A stretch of DNA of 64,000 nucleotides, taken from Eledone cirrhosa (Eukaryota). The notes beneath the pieces are model-generated. The model ran no database searches. It was not told the origin of the DNA and saw only the letters and a list, made by a program, of their open reading frames with translations. The stretch spans positions 228,470,001 to 228,534,000 of the forward strand of contig OZ024741.1 in the NCBI GenBank assembly GCA_964016885.1. Reading direction: 5' to 3'. Below, piece after piece: positions 38,538 through 51,239 of the stretch. Position 1 is the first letter of the stretch, and each line of letters starts with the position of its first letter. The position numbers and the translations under genes are program-made.

Positions 38538-41055
38538 CTAGCAGAAGTACCCGGCGTTGCCCGGGTGTAAGTCGACCTTTGGTCTGTTAGAATGTGTGAA
38601 AGTTACTTCCCGCGCATCACAGGTTCAAAACTTCGAACTTCAATGAAAAAAAATAGGTTAGTAGACACAGGTGTGTAATTTATTAATTGTAGTTACACAG
38701 TGTATCGTTGAAATTGTTCTCTGCACGACTGACGGAAGTCAAAATCGCTTGATATTGAATGTTCAGTTAATTTAAAGCAGGGTGAAAATGTCGATTACTT
38801 TCAGGGTTCTTTTTTTTTTACAATTTTTGCGCTCACATGTGCAGAAGAAGAATTAAAAGGGCCTTTATCTTAACCGCGGCATAATGGCGAGCTTTTGTGA
38901 CAGTTTTCAAGAATATAGGACGTTCCTGTTAAAAGTTTTCCCATGTGTAACTTTGCCTTGTTTTTTTGCGCAAAGTCGAGCCCCGCTTCAGTTTTATTGA
39001 TTTTTTTATATCAATGCGTGATCTCTGAAGTAGATTTGAGTAGCTAAAAACCTGTCCCGGTAAATTTGCTATAGGTGAAAAAAAGTTGATCAAAATTGTA
39101 TCTAGGGTTATTGCCCTTTGCCACAGCTTCAAGCCTCGTCTGACGGGATGTTGGTGATTCCTCCGTCAGCGCTTGTTGGCGACGAAGGCGAACATCAGCA
39201 AGCCTTGTCGTACGTGATGTTGGTGACTCAACCATCCGGGAAAGACGTCTATCAGCGAGTCGAGATTCGCGCTCAGCAGGTGTTTCCTAGAGAAAATTAA
39301 TTAATTCTACTGGTTAGCTAAGCCAATGGCAGTGTCAATAGTAAATGAGAAAAGTCTAACATGAACAAAAGGGAATCAAGGTAAGACAATAAATTTAATA
39401 TAACTACGATTAGAATGTTGTAGTTGCTTAAAGGTGGTGACAGTTAGGATAAACGCAGTACTTGCTAACATTAAGGGAGAATATTGCATAAAGGATTAAT
39501 CAATTGTGAATGAACTCATACCTGAGAACGCTTAATTCGTTGTCTCAAAGCAGTAGCTGTACCTTTTTTGGAGGTAAGTCTTGAACGTTTCCGTGTGGGC
39601 ATAACGACGTGTAACGAAGCTGTTAGGTTAGAGAGAGGTGATTAAATACAGAGAGAGATGACACCAGATTCGTTAGCATGGTTACTGGTGAATGGGAAGG
39701 TTTGGAAATATGATTACAATAACTTACCGAATTTTCCGGTCTATAAATTGCACTTAAAATAATTAAATTTAATCAAAAACAGCTCTGTGCTTTATACTCC
39801 GGTGAGCCTTATGTATAAATAATACAATGGTAATCATTCACGGCTCTAACAGAAGTAATAGATCTAGACTAAAAGTAAAGAAGATAGCATTTTCCTGGTT
39901 GGCCTTACACGCCGTTGCGCGGACCTGACTTTAAATGATACGCCTTATATCCTGGTGAGCCTTATAGAGCGGAAAATATCTATTGGAAAAGAATACGAAT
40001 TCATGACCAAGGTGTGACAAAATAGGCGTCTATACAGCGCCTGAAACAAACTTGTCCAAAACCCTAGGATTTTTCTCGTTAAGTATCCACCCAAAAGGAA
40101 CCGTTTTTTAGTTACAAAAAATAACCAAAGTGTATAGTAGCTATATTTCTGACATATCATGCCAAAAAGAACAATATATTCAAAAAATGTTCTAAAGTAC
40201 ATTCAATCTCTCTTTTTGACCGATATCTTAATAAGCAAGTTATCGATTTTTTTATTGGCTGTCAGTGTCTATCTGCATGCAGATGTGCACGTGTGCGCAA
40301 TTAATTGCAAATGCGCTCATAACATTTAGTCGTAAGCAGAACAAAAAATGCCATTAGAGGTGGGCTAATAATGAAGACACAAACGCTGGTGAACTGACGT
40401 TTAAACTCCTGAAAAGTTACTCACTTCCTGTGCAAAAGACTGTATTATAAATTAAGTAATTTTTTAGAATCTTTTGTTTAAAAAAGGAAAACATTGGTAC
40501 GACGTAACATTTTTTACAACTTTGTATGTGTACAATACAACTTGGTCAACGTATTATTTTGTAATTTTTTTTTCAAAAAGCATGATTATTTAAGACTGTT
40601 TGAAAATTTACTCACAGCTTTTAGCATCACAAAAGACACCATTAAATTTGGTTCCCTTTTCAGATAGGGATAATACTGTATTTCCACTTGAATAAGGTGG
40701 AATATGAAAAGATAAACTCTTTAATGGTCGGTCGTTTACTGAGACAGCTGGGAAGACATGCAGCTGGCCGTCCAATCAATAACGCACGTCCTTATATGGG
40801 CATATTACATTTATTTTTATTGCGCCAGATGTAAACTAAGAGTTCTTGTGTTCGAATTCACATAAAATTTCATTGGAATCGAAAAACATTCTGTCATAGG
40901 GCCCGATTATCGATTTTTCGAAAATTTCAAGTAGCCTATTCCACTCTACGCGTTGAGTTTTATATATGGGTGAGGTTTCATGAAAATTGGATGAACGGTG
41001 TAGCATGCAAGTTCCGAACACCAAACAATGTCCATCTTCCCTTTATATATATAGA
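38538..41055 (-). mobile_element. Non-autonomous Helitron
   Basis: Minus strand 5' A|TCTATATATATAAAG; 3' hairpin CCCGGGCAACGCCGGG followed by CTAG|T; inserted at AT. Confidence 0.9.
39044..39602 (-). CDS. Putative two-exon mini-ORF (Helitron RepHel N-terminal repeat region)
   Basis: Exon 39602-39522 MPTRKRSRLTSKKGTATALRQRIKRSQ|GTATGAG; acceptor TTTTCTCTAG|39286 in frame with ETPAERESRLADRR..ESPTSRTTRL..ESPTSRQTRL. Confidence 0.55.
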
Positions 41056-41114
41056 TATACAAGATGGCCTAGGACAGAACAAAGGAGTGGCACAAAACAA
41101 AGAAAAGAATCCCA

Positions 41115-41157
41115 GTCACTGAAGAGCTCACAGAATGTATGACGAAAGAACTTTGAC
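41115..41157 (+). ncRNA. Minimal type I hammerhead ribozyme
   Basis: GTCA-CTGAAGA-GCTCA(cagaatgta)TGAC-GAAAGAACTT-TGAC; same stem III as the motif at 144-184. Confidence 0.75.
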
Positions 41158-41308
41158 AATATATGAACAACCGTCCGGTTGTGGAACAAACCAACCAACC
41201 GGAAATTTATAAATTTATAAATTTATAATTTAATTTATAATAAATTGGAGTGAAAGCAACTGGTGCGCGTTTTTCTTATTGGCAACATGGCGCTCCCAAA
41301 GTATAACA

Positions 41309-41386
<78 letters not shown>

Positions 41387-41553
41387 GTGTGTATATAAAC
41401 ATACACGCACAAACACACGTCTGTGTATATATATATATATATGTGTCTGTGTGTTCATGTGTGAGTGTGTGTGAGTTTGTATATTTGACTTGCGTGTGCG
41501 CGCGTGTGTGCGTGTGTGCGTGGGTTTGTATATGAGTATACAAAGACACGCAC

Positions 41554-41636
<83 letters not shown>

Positions 41637-41663
41637 ATTATATATATATATATGTGTGTGTGT

Positions 41664-41694
<31 letters not shown>

Positions 41695-42204
41695 CGTATT
41701 GAATATATAGATCCGAAAATCTTTTTCGGGACAAGTAGATCGAAGGATTTGTAAACAGATGCCTTTGCACTATGTCGATGTCATAAGTGTGTGTGTGCAT
41801 GCGTGTGTGTGCGCGCGCGCATGTATGTGCGTATGTGTGTGTGTATGTGTGTGACCGTGTGTATGTGATTTGGGTTGTGTTGGTTTGGTAAGGGAATCCC
41901 GTCTTAAAAATGTCATCAGTGCCATCTCTGAAATATGATCGAAGCTCTGACAAGGATTAAGAGTGTGCTGTTTTGAGTTGGGATGTAAATGGGTTGGTAA
42001 TAATAGTTGTGATGGTGTGATGGTGTGATGGTAGTATGTTGGAGCTGGTGGTGATATTTGTGCCGAAGTTTTAGTGATGGTGGTATTCGAGTTGGTGGTA
42101 ACAACACCACACTGATTTAAAATAGACACACTCACACACACATACACACACACACACCCGCATATATATAGGCAAACGCAGACAGACAGGTATTTAGACA
42201 CACG

Positions 42205-42279
<75 letters not shown>

Positions 42280-42299
42280 TTATATATATATATATATAT

Positions 42300-42478
42300 C
42301 CCCTCTCTCACTCTCTTTATACCATATCTCCTCTCTCTCTCTCTCTCTCTCTCTGTGTACCATATCTTCTCTCTCCCTCTCTCCCTGTACCACATCTCCT
42401 CTCTCTCTCTCTATCTCTGTAACATAACTCCTCTCTCTCCGTCTGTACTATATCTCCCCCTCTCCTTCTGTACCATAT

Positions 42479-42527
<49 letters not shown>

Positions 42528-42706
42528 CGCTCTCTCACTCTCTCAGTGTTTCTTCTACCACTGATTCTGAACCCCGTGGTCTTTCATACTCTGTACACAC
42601 ACATCCTAAACAGGTGCAACGTGCACAGAAAATTTGGTCAAATTTGGTTGGGAATTGTAAAAGCCTTAGGTGCCCAAAGTTGTCCACAGACACACACACA
42701 TCCTCG

Positions 42707-42715
<9 letters not shown>
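42300..42715 (-). mobile_element. 5' fragment of the large Helitron family
   Basis: Reverse complement of about 44425-44840 (AAGCGAGGATGTGTGTGTGTCTGTGGACAACTTTGG...). Confidence 0.85.
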
Positions 42716-42782
<67 letters not shown>

Positions 42783-42798
42783 TTTAAAAATATTTTAA

Positions 42799-42874
42799 AT
42801 TGCCTTGTCTGACGAACGAATGAGGACATTTCTTGTATTCGCCTTATTCGGGAAACCTCTGGTAATGAGGTAAT
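42799..42874 (+). ncRNA. Type I hammerhead ribozyme, intact core
   Basis: ATTGCCTTGT-CTGACGA-A-CGAATGAGG(16 nt)CCTTATTCG-G-GAAACC(tct)GGTA-ATGAGGTAAT; 10-bp stem I, 9-bp stem II. Confidence 0.92.
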
Positions 42875-43032
42875 TATATTGTATTGTTTACTATACATTA
42901 AATTTAGCTCTGTAACTTACATAGAGCACTCTTCACTCCTATGAAGTATATATATATGTGTGTGTGTGTATATTATATATTATATATACATATGTATGTA
43001 TATATATACATACATACATACACACACACACA

Positions 43033-43087
<55 letters not shown>

Positions 43088-43131
43088 AAGTTAAATAAAA
43101 GTCAAATGATTAAAATTTAGCTTCGTTTATT

Positions 43132-43186
43132 ACTGCTATATATATTTCAGTGACAGCCATCTTTGGCTGTGACCTCTTCAGGCAGT
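43132..43186 (-). ncRNA. Type I hammerhead ribozyme, left arm
   Basis: Exact reverse complement of 43430-43484. Confidence 0.88.
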
Positions 43187-43429
43187 TTGAATTAGTATGG
43201 TATAGACAAGTACATATGTTGTTTAGGTGTATGATATTGTCAATACTCTGATATGCCCCGTTCCTTGTTGGGTTGTTAATTCACTGGGGAACTGGAGTCA
43301 TATACTGGAGATATATGACTCCAGTTCCCCAGTGAATTAACAACCCAACAAGGAACTGGGCATATCAGAGTATTGACAATATCATACACCTAAACAACAT
43401 ATGTACTTGTCTATACCATACTAATTCAA

Positions 43430-43484
43430 ACTGCCTGAAGAGGTCACAGCCAAAGATGGCTGTCACTGAAATATATATAGCAGT
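43430..43484 (+). ncRNA. Type I hammerhead ribozyme, right arm
   Basis: ACTGC-CTGAAGA-GGTCACAGCCA(aaga)TGGCTGTCACT-GAAATATATATA-GCAGT; palindromic stem III, AUA site. Confidence 0.9.
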
Positions 43485-43630
43485 AATAAACGAAGCTAAA
43501 TTTTAATCATTTGACTTTTATTTAACTTTATTTTACACTACTCCGGAGTAACCAAACCAACCTGCGCACTTCGTCGAGTGCTCCAGCCTGCATACTGAGG
43601 TGTTGGTATACAACCAACATAAACTCAAAA

Positions 43631-43728
<98 letters not shown>

Positions 43729-43994
43729 ATAAGTCATATTTGTATATACACAGAAGTGAAGTAACTACGTCTGTACAGAATTGTATATATAAATTTACAA
43801 ATTTTTACTATAGAGGCAACCACAAGGAAATACATAAACGATGAACTTATGTTTGGAACATGAAGTGGATATTTTTGGCATTTTTAAATACGAATCATAG
43901 ACAAATATATTTACACATTTACGCAATCTGGGTCACTTCTATTCTGCATATATACTGATACAATTTTATTACATACTTCGGCTGCTTAGCACAC

Positions 43995-44126
<132 letters not shown>

Positions 44127-44151
44127 AGAGAGAGATGAAGTTGTGTGCTAA

Positions 44152-44198
<47 letters not shown>

Positions 44199-44203
<5 letters not shown>

Positions 44204-44345
44204 TCTGAAGACGGCATATATATGTGTTGGGTATGTATATTTAATTTTGATAGTTTGTATAATTTTGTATAATTTTGTACATAGATCTGTTGAATATGCA
44301 TGCCAATTCTAACACATATATATCCTAGAAACGATCGTTAAATAA
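44199..44345 (+). ncRNA. Hammerhead ribozyme with about 115-nt stem II
   Basis: TTATTT-CTGAAGA-CGG-long hairpin-CCTA-GAAACGATCGTT-AAATAA; second copy at 58412. Confidence 0.78.
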
Positions 44346-44420
44346 TGAACTTTTTTTGTTTAATATAAGGAACTGTTTCATTGTTTTATTCATTATTTTT
44401 TTAATATTTTATATATATAT

Positions 44421-44624
44421 ATATATATATAAAAGCGAGGATGTGTGTGTGTCTGTGGACAACTTTGGACACCTAAGGCTTTTACAATTCCTAACCGAAT
44501 TTGACCAAATTTTCTGTGCACGTTGCACCTGTTTAGGATGTGTGTGTGTACAGAGTATGAAAGACCACGGGGGTCAGAATCAGTGGTAGATGAATCACTG
44601 AGAGAGTGAGAGAGCGAGCGAGAG

Positions 44625-44655
<31 letters not shown>

Positions 44656-44714
44656 AGATATGGTACAGAGGGAGAGTGGGGAGATATAGTACAGACGGAG
44701 AGAGAGGAGATATG

Positions 44715-44752
<38 letters not shown>

Positions 44753-44927
44753 TGTGGTACAGGGAGAGAGGGAGAGAGAGAGAGAGGAGATATGGTATAA
44801 AGTGAGTGAGAGGAGATATGGTATAAAGAGAGTGAGAGAGGGGAGATATGGTACAGAGAGACAGAGAGAGAGAGAGAGAGAGAGGAGATATGGTACAGAG
44901 AGAGAGAGAGAGAGAGAGGAGATATGG

Positions 44928-44995
<68 letters not shown>

Positions 44996-47900
44996 TGAGA
45001 TATGGTACAGATAGAGAGAAAGGGGGAGATATGATACACAGGGAGAGAGAGAGAGAGAGAGAGAGAGTGAGAGAGAGCGCGAGAGCGAGAGAAGAGATAT
45101 GGTATAAAAAGAGACAGAGAGGGAGATGAGATACAAAGAGAGAGAAAGGGGGAGATATGATACAAAGAGAGAAAGAGAGGTGTGATACAAAAGAGTGAGA
45201 GCGGAAAGCCATAATTAATAGAGATGGGCGGGGGGGGGGGGGGGCAGTTGAAATATAAAGAGAGGGAAAAAGAGACAGAGAGAGAGGGAGAAAGAGAAAG
45301 AGAGGAGAAATGACACAAACAGAGATAGATGGGGAAAATAAGATATAAAAAGAGAGAAACAGAGAGAGAAAATAACAGAAAGAAAGAGACGCGTCAGTAA
45401 GAGTGGCGGAAAGAGGTGGGAAGATACGTTGAAGGGGAGGAGAAAAAAGTAGAGGAGAGAGGAGATGAAAAAATTATGGAAGCCAGTTAGGACAAGTAAT
45501 TGTGTATTGTATACAAATCTAAGATGGTCACATCACAAACATTTTTCAAATCGACCCACGTTGAGCAATAAAAAATCGATAGCAATAATATTAAGTGCTG
45601 TATTCGTACACATCAAACTTTATTGACAATGAAGGAACATACTGAACAGGAGTAGTTATTCAAAGGACTTTTTAAGTTTTGCCAGTATATTTTAAATTTT
45701 ACTGTAACGCTTCAATTAATACATTTTGACTTTACAATTTAAATTAAACGATTTAATTAACAACTTAATTTCTGCTGATCATGAGCAAATTATTTTATGA
45801 AAAAATGCGTACTATAAGGGAGATAACAATGAAGACAAAATCCTTATGGGATTTTCCATGCAAATTAAAAGTTGCAATTACTTTTACATTTTTCGAGCTT
45901 TTTTTACCAAATGTGAGGCAGGCATTGCCTATGCCGTAGAGGTAATACAAGAAGATTAATTTTTCTAAAGTGTATGCTGTAAGAGAGAAATCAATCTAAA
46001 AACAATCCTTATGGGACTTTCCATTCAAACCATTGGGGCCTACAACTTTTACATTTTTAAAATAATTTCGTCCACATTTGAGGCAAGCATTATCTATGCT
46101 TCCAGCTGTATTCGTACACATCAAACATTATTGACAATGAAGGAACATACTGAACAGGATGTAGTTATTCAAAGGATTTTTTAAGTTTTGTCAGTGTATT
46201 TTTAATTTTACTGTAACGTTTCAATTCATACATTTTGACTTTACAACTTTTCACCAAATATAAGAAAGTATGCACATATTGGCTGTCGGACTTTGACATC
46301 TCGGTCGAAGAAAACAATGCGTGTAAATGATGCTCCGCCGATAACCGAAAATAGACAATCACAAAATGCGGTGAGTACAGTTATTGCAATATTTTTGTGC
46401 GCCGCTGAGTGTCGGTTAGTGCGGCGAACCAATAATGCTAAAGCAACTGCTGCAGCACGAGCTGCAGAGACTCCAGAGCAACGTGAAACACGCCTTGCTA
46501 TAAGTGCTACCGCTACTGCTGCAGCAAGATCTGCAGAGACTACAAAAATATGAAACACGCTGTGCGTGTAATGCTTGAGCTAATGTTGCAGCACGAGCAA
46601 TTGAGACTGAGCAAGAACATCAAAGTCGCCAATTGAGAAATGCTTCAGCTACTGCTACGGCACGAGCTGTAGAGACCGTAACAAGTCGAGCTATTCGGCT
46701 GGAGGGTAACGCTCAACGTAGAGCTTTATCGAGGGGTATTTCAAAGGCATCACGCTCACGATGGTACCTTAAGGCAGTTAATTATGACCCTAATGTAAAC
46801 TATCAAATCCATCCTGATATTCAAATATATGCCATGTCAAATACTTGCCAACATTGTAAAGCTAAAAAGTGAGGGGGGGGGGGAGGAGAATCAGCTGGAA
46901 TGTGCTGCTCCAATGGTAAGGTTAATTTGCCCACCCTTTTAGGGAACCATCGCAACCTCTTCAGATGCTTCTAACAGGTAAGCATTCACAATCACGTGAT
47001 TTTCTGAAGCATATCCGACAGTACAACATTGCGTTTCAAATGACCTCTTTCGCTGCAAAACGTCTGAAGGAAGATGAATTTATGCCGACTTTCAAAGTAC
47101 AGGGCCAGGTGTATCATCTCATTGGATCATTGCAACCGTTGCCTACTGAAGAGCCACAAATTTTACAGGTTTACTTTATTGTTAACTGTCATCAGCAAGC
47201 AGATCGACGGCAATCGTACACTTCAGACACTAAACTGGAACTCTTGATTGACCTCCAAGACATGCTTCCCTCTAACAATAGCTACATTCAAAGCTTCAAG
47301 TATGCTTTAGAAGAAGCACCTTCGCTAAATTACGATATCGTCATTTACGCTAATGAGAGACCGTCTGGGGAGCATGCGGGCCGGTATAATGCACATACTT
47401 GTAATGAGGTAGCCATCGTTATTAGTGGAGAGCAGCACAACAAGATAGACATTATTATCAAGCGACGAGACAACAGCCTTAACAGAATAAGTGAAACCCA
47501 TCGATCTTACGACGCACTCCAGTATCCGCTATTATTTGTTTATGGTGAGGATGGATACCATTTCGGAATTCATCAAATTAATTCCACAAACCAAGATAAG
47601 CATACCTCGAAAATTGTCATGTGCATGGATTTTTATGCTTTCTGATTCATGATCCGCGGCAACTGCTTCAACCAGCTGCACTGATCACAAGACCTCTTCA
47701 ATCAATTTGTAGTTGACATGTTCGCAAAAATGGACGCCGAGAGATTATGCTTCATTCGACTTAATCAGAGACAACTTCGCTGTGACACTTACATTCACCT
47801 TCGTGGTGGAATGAACAATGATGCAGATCCTGATAGTATTGGACTGTTGTGCATCCTGCCTTCATCTTTCACAGGAAGTCCTCGGTTATTTTTCGAAAAG

Positions 47901-50900
47901 ATTCAAGATGCTTTAACTATTGTGCGCCTTTTCGGTAAACCAGATTTGTTTATTACTTTCACTTCAAACCCAAAATGGGAAGAGATTCAGAAAGAACTCT
48001 TTCCAGGTCAGAAAGTTACAGCCAGGCAGGATCTTATTGCCAGAGTTTTCCATCTTAAGTTAATTAAGCTCATGGAACTTATTAAAACAGGTGAAAACTT
48101 TGGCCCAGTACAATGTGACATGCTCACAATTGAGTGGCAAAAACGAGGCTTGCCACATGCCCACATTCTGATCTGGTTAAAGACAACACTTAGATCAGAT
48201 GAAATTGCTGAGTTTCCGGATCCGGCAATCGATAGGGACCTTTACCAAAAGGTTAAACACACATGGTGCGTGGCCCATGTGGACATGGATTTCACAACAA
48301 CCTATCGTGTGTTAAGGACAAGTCTAGGTGCTCAAAGAAATTTTCCCAACAGTTCCTTAAGGACAGTCAGACTGGTCATGACGGATAACCACTATATCGC
48401 CGGAGAAGATCTGAAGATGGTGGATTCACAGCATGGGTTGGCAAACATGAGGTTGACAACAGATGGGTTGTTCCATATAGTCCACTCCTTATAAAGATTG
48501 TTGATGCACACATAAATGTAGAATACTGTAATTCAATTAAATCTATAAAATATATTTGTAAGTACATTAATACAGGCCCTGATGCTGCTACGTTTGGATT
48601 ACTTCGGGAAAACAGCCGAGATGAAGTGGCCCAGTACCAAACTGGAAGATACATTAACTCTAATGAAGCGTTCTGGCGGATTTTCGGATTTTTTATACAT
48701 CAACGGCATCCTGCTGTTAAAAAACTTCAAGTGCACCTGGAGAACGGTCAGAGAGTATATTTTACGAATGCGTCAGCTGCCCAGTTAGCACAAGAACCAA
48801 AGGATACTACTCTTACCGCTTTCTTTAAACTATGTCAAGAAGATCCATTTGCTAAAACTTTACTATATCCACAAGTCCCATCTTACTATACCTGGGACAA
48901 AAATACATGGACGCGAAGAAAAACAGGACAGTGTGTCCAAGGTTATCCGGGAATCAAGTTCAACGAGTGCTTGGACAGAGTTTATACTGTGCCCCCAAAC
49001 CAACACGAGTGCTTCCATCTTCGCATGTTACTACATGAGGTCAGAGGACCTACCTGCTTTGATGATCTCCGAACGTTTGACAGACAAGTTCTTCCAACAT
49101 ACACAAAGGCATGTTTGAGGCGTGGATTGCTGGAAGATGGTTCACAGTGGGGTGCAACGATGGCGGAAGTTGCTCTTTTACATTCACCTGCCAGCCTAAG
49201 AAATTTATTTGTGGTACTTTTGCACTCGTGCAACTTATCTGATCCTCTGTCCTTGTGGATAAAATATAGGGATGAACTAACAGACGACTACAGACACCAA
49301 GCACAATTACTGCTTCCAGAAATAGAGGTAGGCTTTAGTAATGAATTATACAACAGAGCTCTCATTGATATAGAGGACAAGTTAGCTCTGATTGGAGGAA
49401 AGGTTTTACGTGACTACGGTTTACCAGAAACTCATCGCACAGACTAAACAAACTTCCCACAGATATCATACAGGAGACTTCGTATGACATCCATGATCTC
49501 GGCCTCTACGTCACAGATAATGAGCCAAAACTTCTAGCTGATCAGCGACTGGCTTATACCACCATTACTGAATCGGTATTTCAAAGAAGAGGTGGCATAC
49601 TTTTCCTCGATGCTCCAGGGGGGACAGGAAAAACTTTCGTTACTAAACTGCTTCTTGCAAAGGTTAGACAGAATAAGGACATAGCAATAGCAGTTGCGTC
49701 CTCTGGAATCGCAGCAATTTTGCTCCCTGGTGGAAGGACGGCATATTCAGTTTTTAAATTGCCCCTTGATTTGGCAAAATTGGAAACTCCTACTTGTCAT
49801 ATCACCAAAGACTCCGAAAGGGCTCATCTGCTGCGAAGGAGGTGTCACCTTATTGTTTGAGATGAGTGCACAATGGCGCACAAAGGTGCTCTTGAGGCAC
49901 TAGACAGGTCTTTGCAAGACATACTGGACTGCAGTGATGTTATGGGGGGGTCACCCTTCTGCTATCAGGAAACTTCAGACAGACACTTCCTATAATACTG
50001 AAAGGAACAAGACGAGATGCAGTAAATGCATGTCTTAAGTTTTCACCATTGTGGCGACAAGTGACATAATTAAAAGTAACTACCAACATGCGTGCAAGAT
50101 TGCATGGGGACACTCTGTCATCAACATTTTCTGGAGACATTCTTACAATAAGAGATGGTAACCTACCTCCGGATACAGATGGACACATAGCAATTGATCA
50201 CATCTGCAATGTAGTTGAAACTGTCGATGATCTCAAGGCGAGTGTATTCCCGAACTTGTGTGATAACTATACGAATCTTGATTGGCTATGCGAAAGAGCC
50301 ATTCTTGCACCCAAAAATATCACGGTTAGCTGTATTAATGATCAGCTTCTTCTTGGATGTCCACGGATATATAAATATCTTGATACTGTGTGTGATCCAC
50401 AGGATGCGGTCAATTATCCAGTTCAATTTCTAAATTCTTTAAATCCTCCTGGTTTACTTCCTAATACATTGGTCCTGAAAGAGGAAACGCCAGTTATTTT
50501 GCTGAGAAATATCACTCCTCCAAAACTATGCAATGGTACACGCCTTGTGGTTAAAAAACGTTGCCATGTCCATAAACAACTCGCAAGGTCAAACTCTCTC
50601 TGTCGCGGAATTCACTTGGATGAACCTTGCTTTTCGCACGGACAATTCTACGTTGCCTGCTCACGAGTTCGCAGTAGTGATAATCTCTTTGCGTTTGTTC
50701 CGAAAAGAAAAACAAAGAATATCGTCTATCCTGAAGTGCTTTAGTATTAACAAAAACACTTATCACAGCTCTGCCTTGACTTCACCTTACTCATTACAAA
50801 ACATACCAATGAATATGTCATGCAGGATATTTGGGATTATAAATTCAAAATTTAACCATACACAAAGGATGCTCTCAAAGAATACATTTTCTCTTATTCT

Positions 50901-51217
50901 GCTCTCATTGTTTTTTTGTTTATATACAACTCTGCTTTCATTACAACTTTAGCAAAACTGCGTGTTTTTTTTTTACAGATTTGCGACGTGTATTGTCTTT
51001 AATCATTTGTATAACTACATCCTGTTCAGTATTGTCCTTCATTATCAGAATAGTTTTATGTGTACAAAGATTGCACTAAATATTCGTTTGCATTAATTAT
51101 TGAAGACTTCTGCTTATTTTGACAGGTTGGGGGGCAAATAATCTTCTTCTTTTACTTCCTAGATGTATATTCTTAGCATAATTTCAAACCCCGGGCAACG
51201 CCGGGTAAATATGCTAG
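44421..51217 (+). mobile_element. Helitron, full-length but degenerate
   Basis: Internal RepHel; 3' CCCGGGCAACGCCGGG hairpin and CTAG|T at 51214-51218; 5' end lost in (TA)n, so approximate. Confidence 0.92.
46300..50744 (+). pseudogene. Helitron RepHel (zinc finger, HUH Rep, PIF1-like helicase) with stops and frameshifts
   Basis: CQHCKAKK..MCCSNGK, SYDALQYPL, ILPSSFTGSPR, PDLFITFT, EWQKRGLPHAHIL, KYICKYI, DAPGGTGKT, LCNGTRL, CFSHGQFYVACSRV, TKNIVYPEVL. Confidence 0.95.
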
Positions 51218-51239
51218 TATATAATACATATATATATAT

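Larger units (their letters stand above)
43081..43632. mobile_element. Fold-back pLTR insertion with arms of about 224 bp, in (TA)n
   Basis: 43081-43304 is the near-perfect reverse complement of 43312-43535. Confidence 0.92.
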
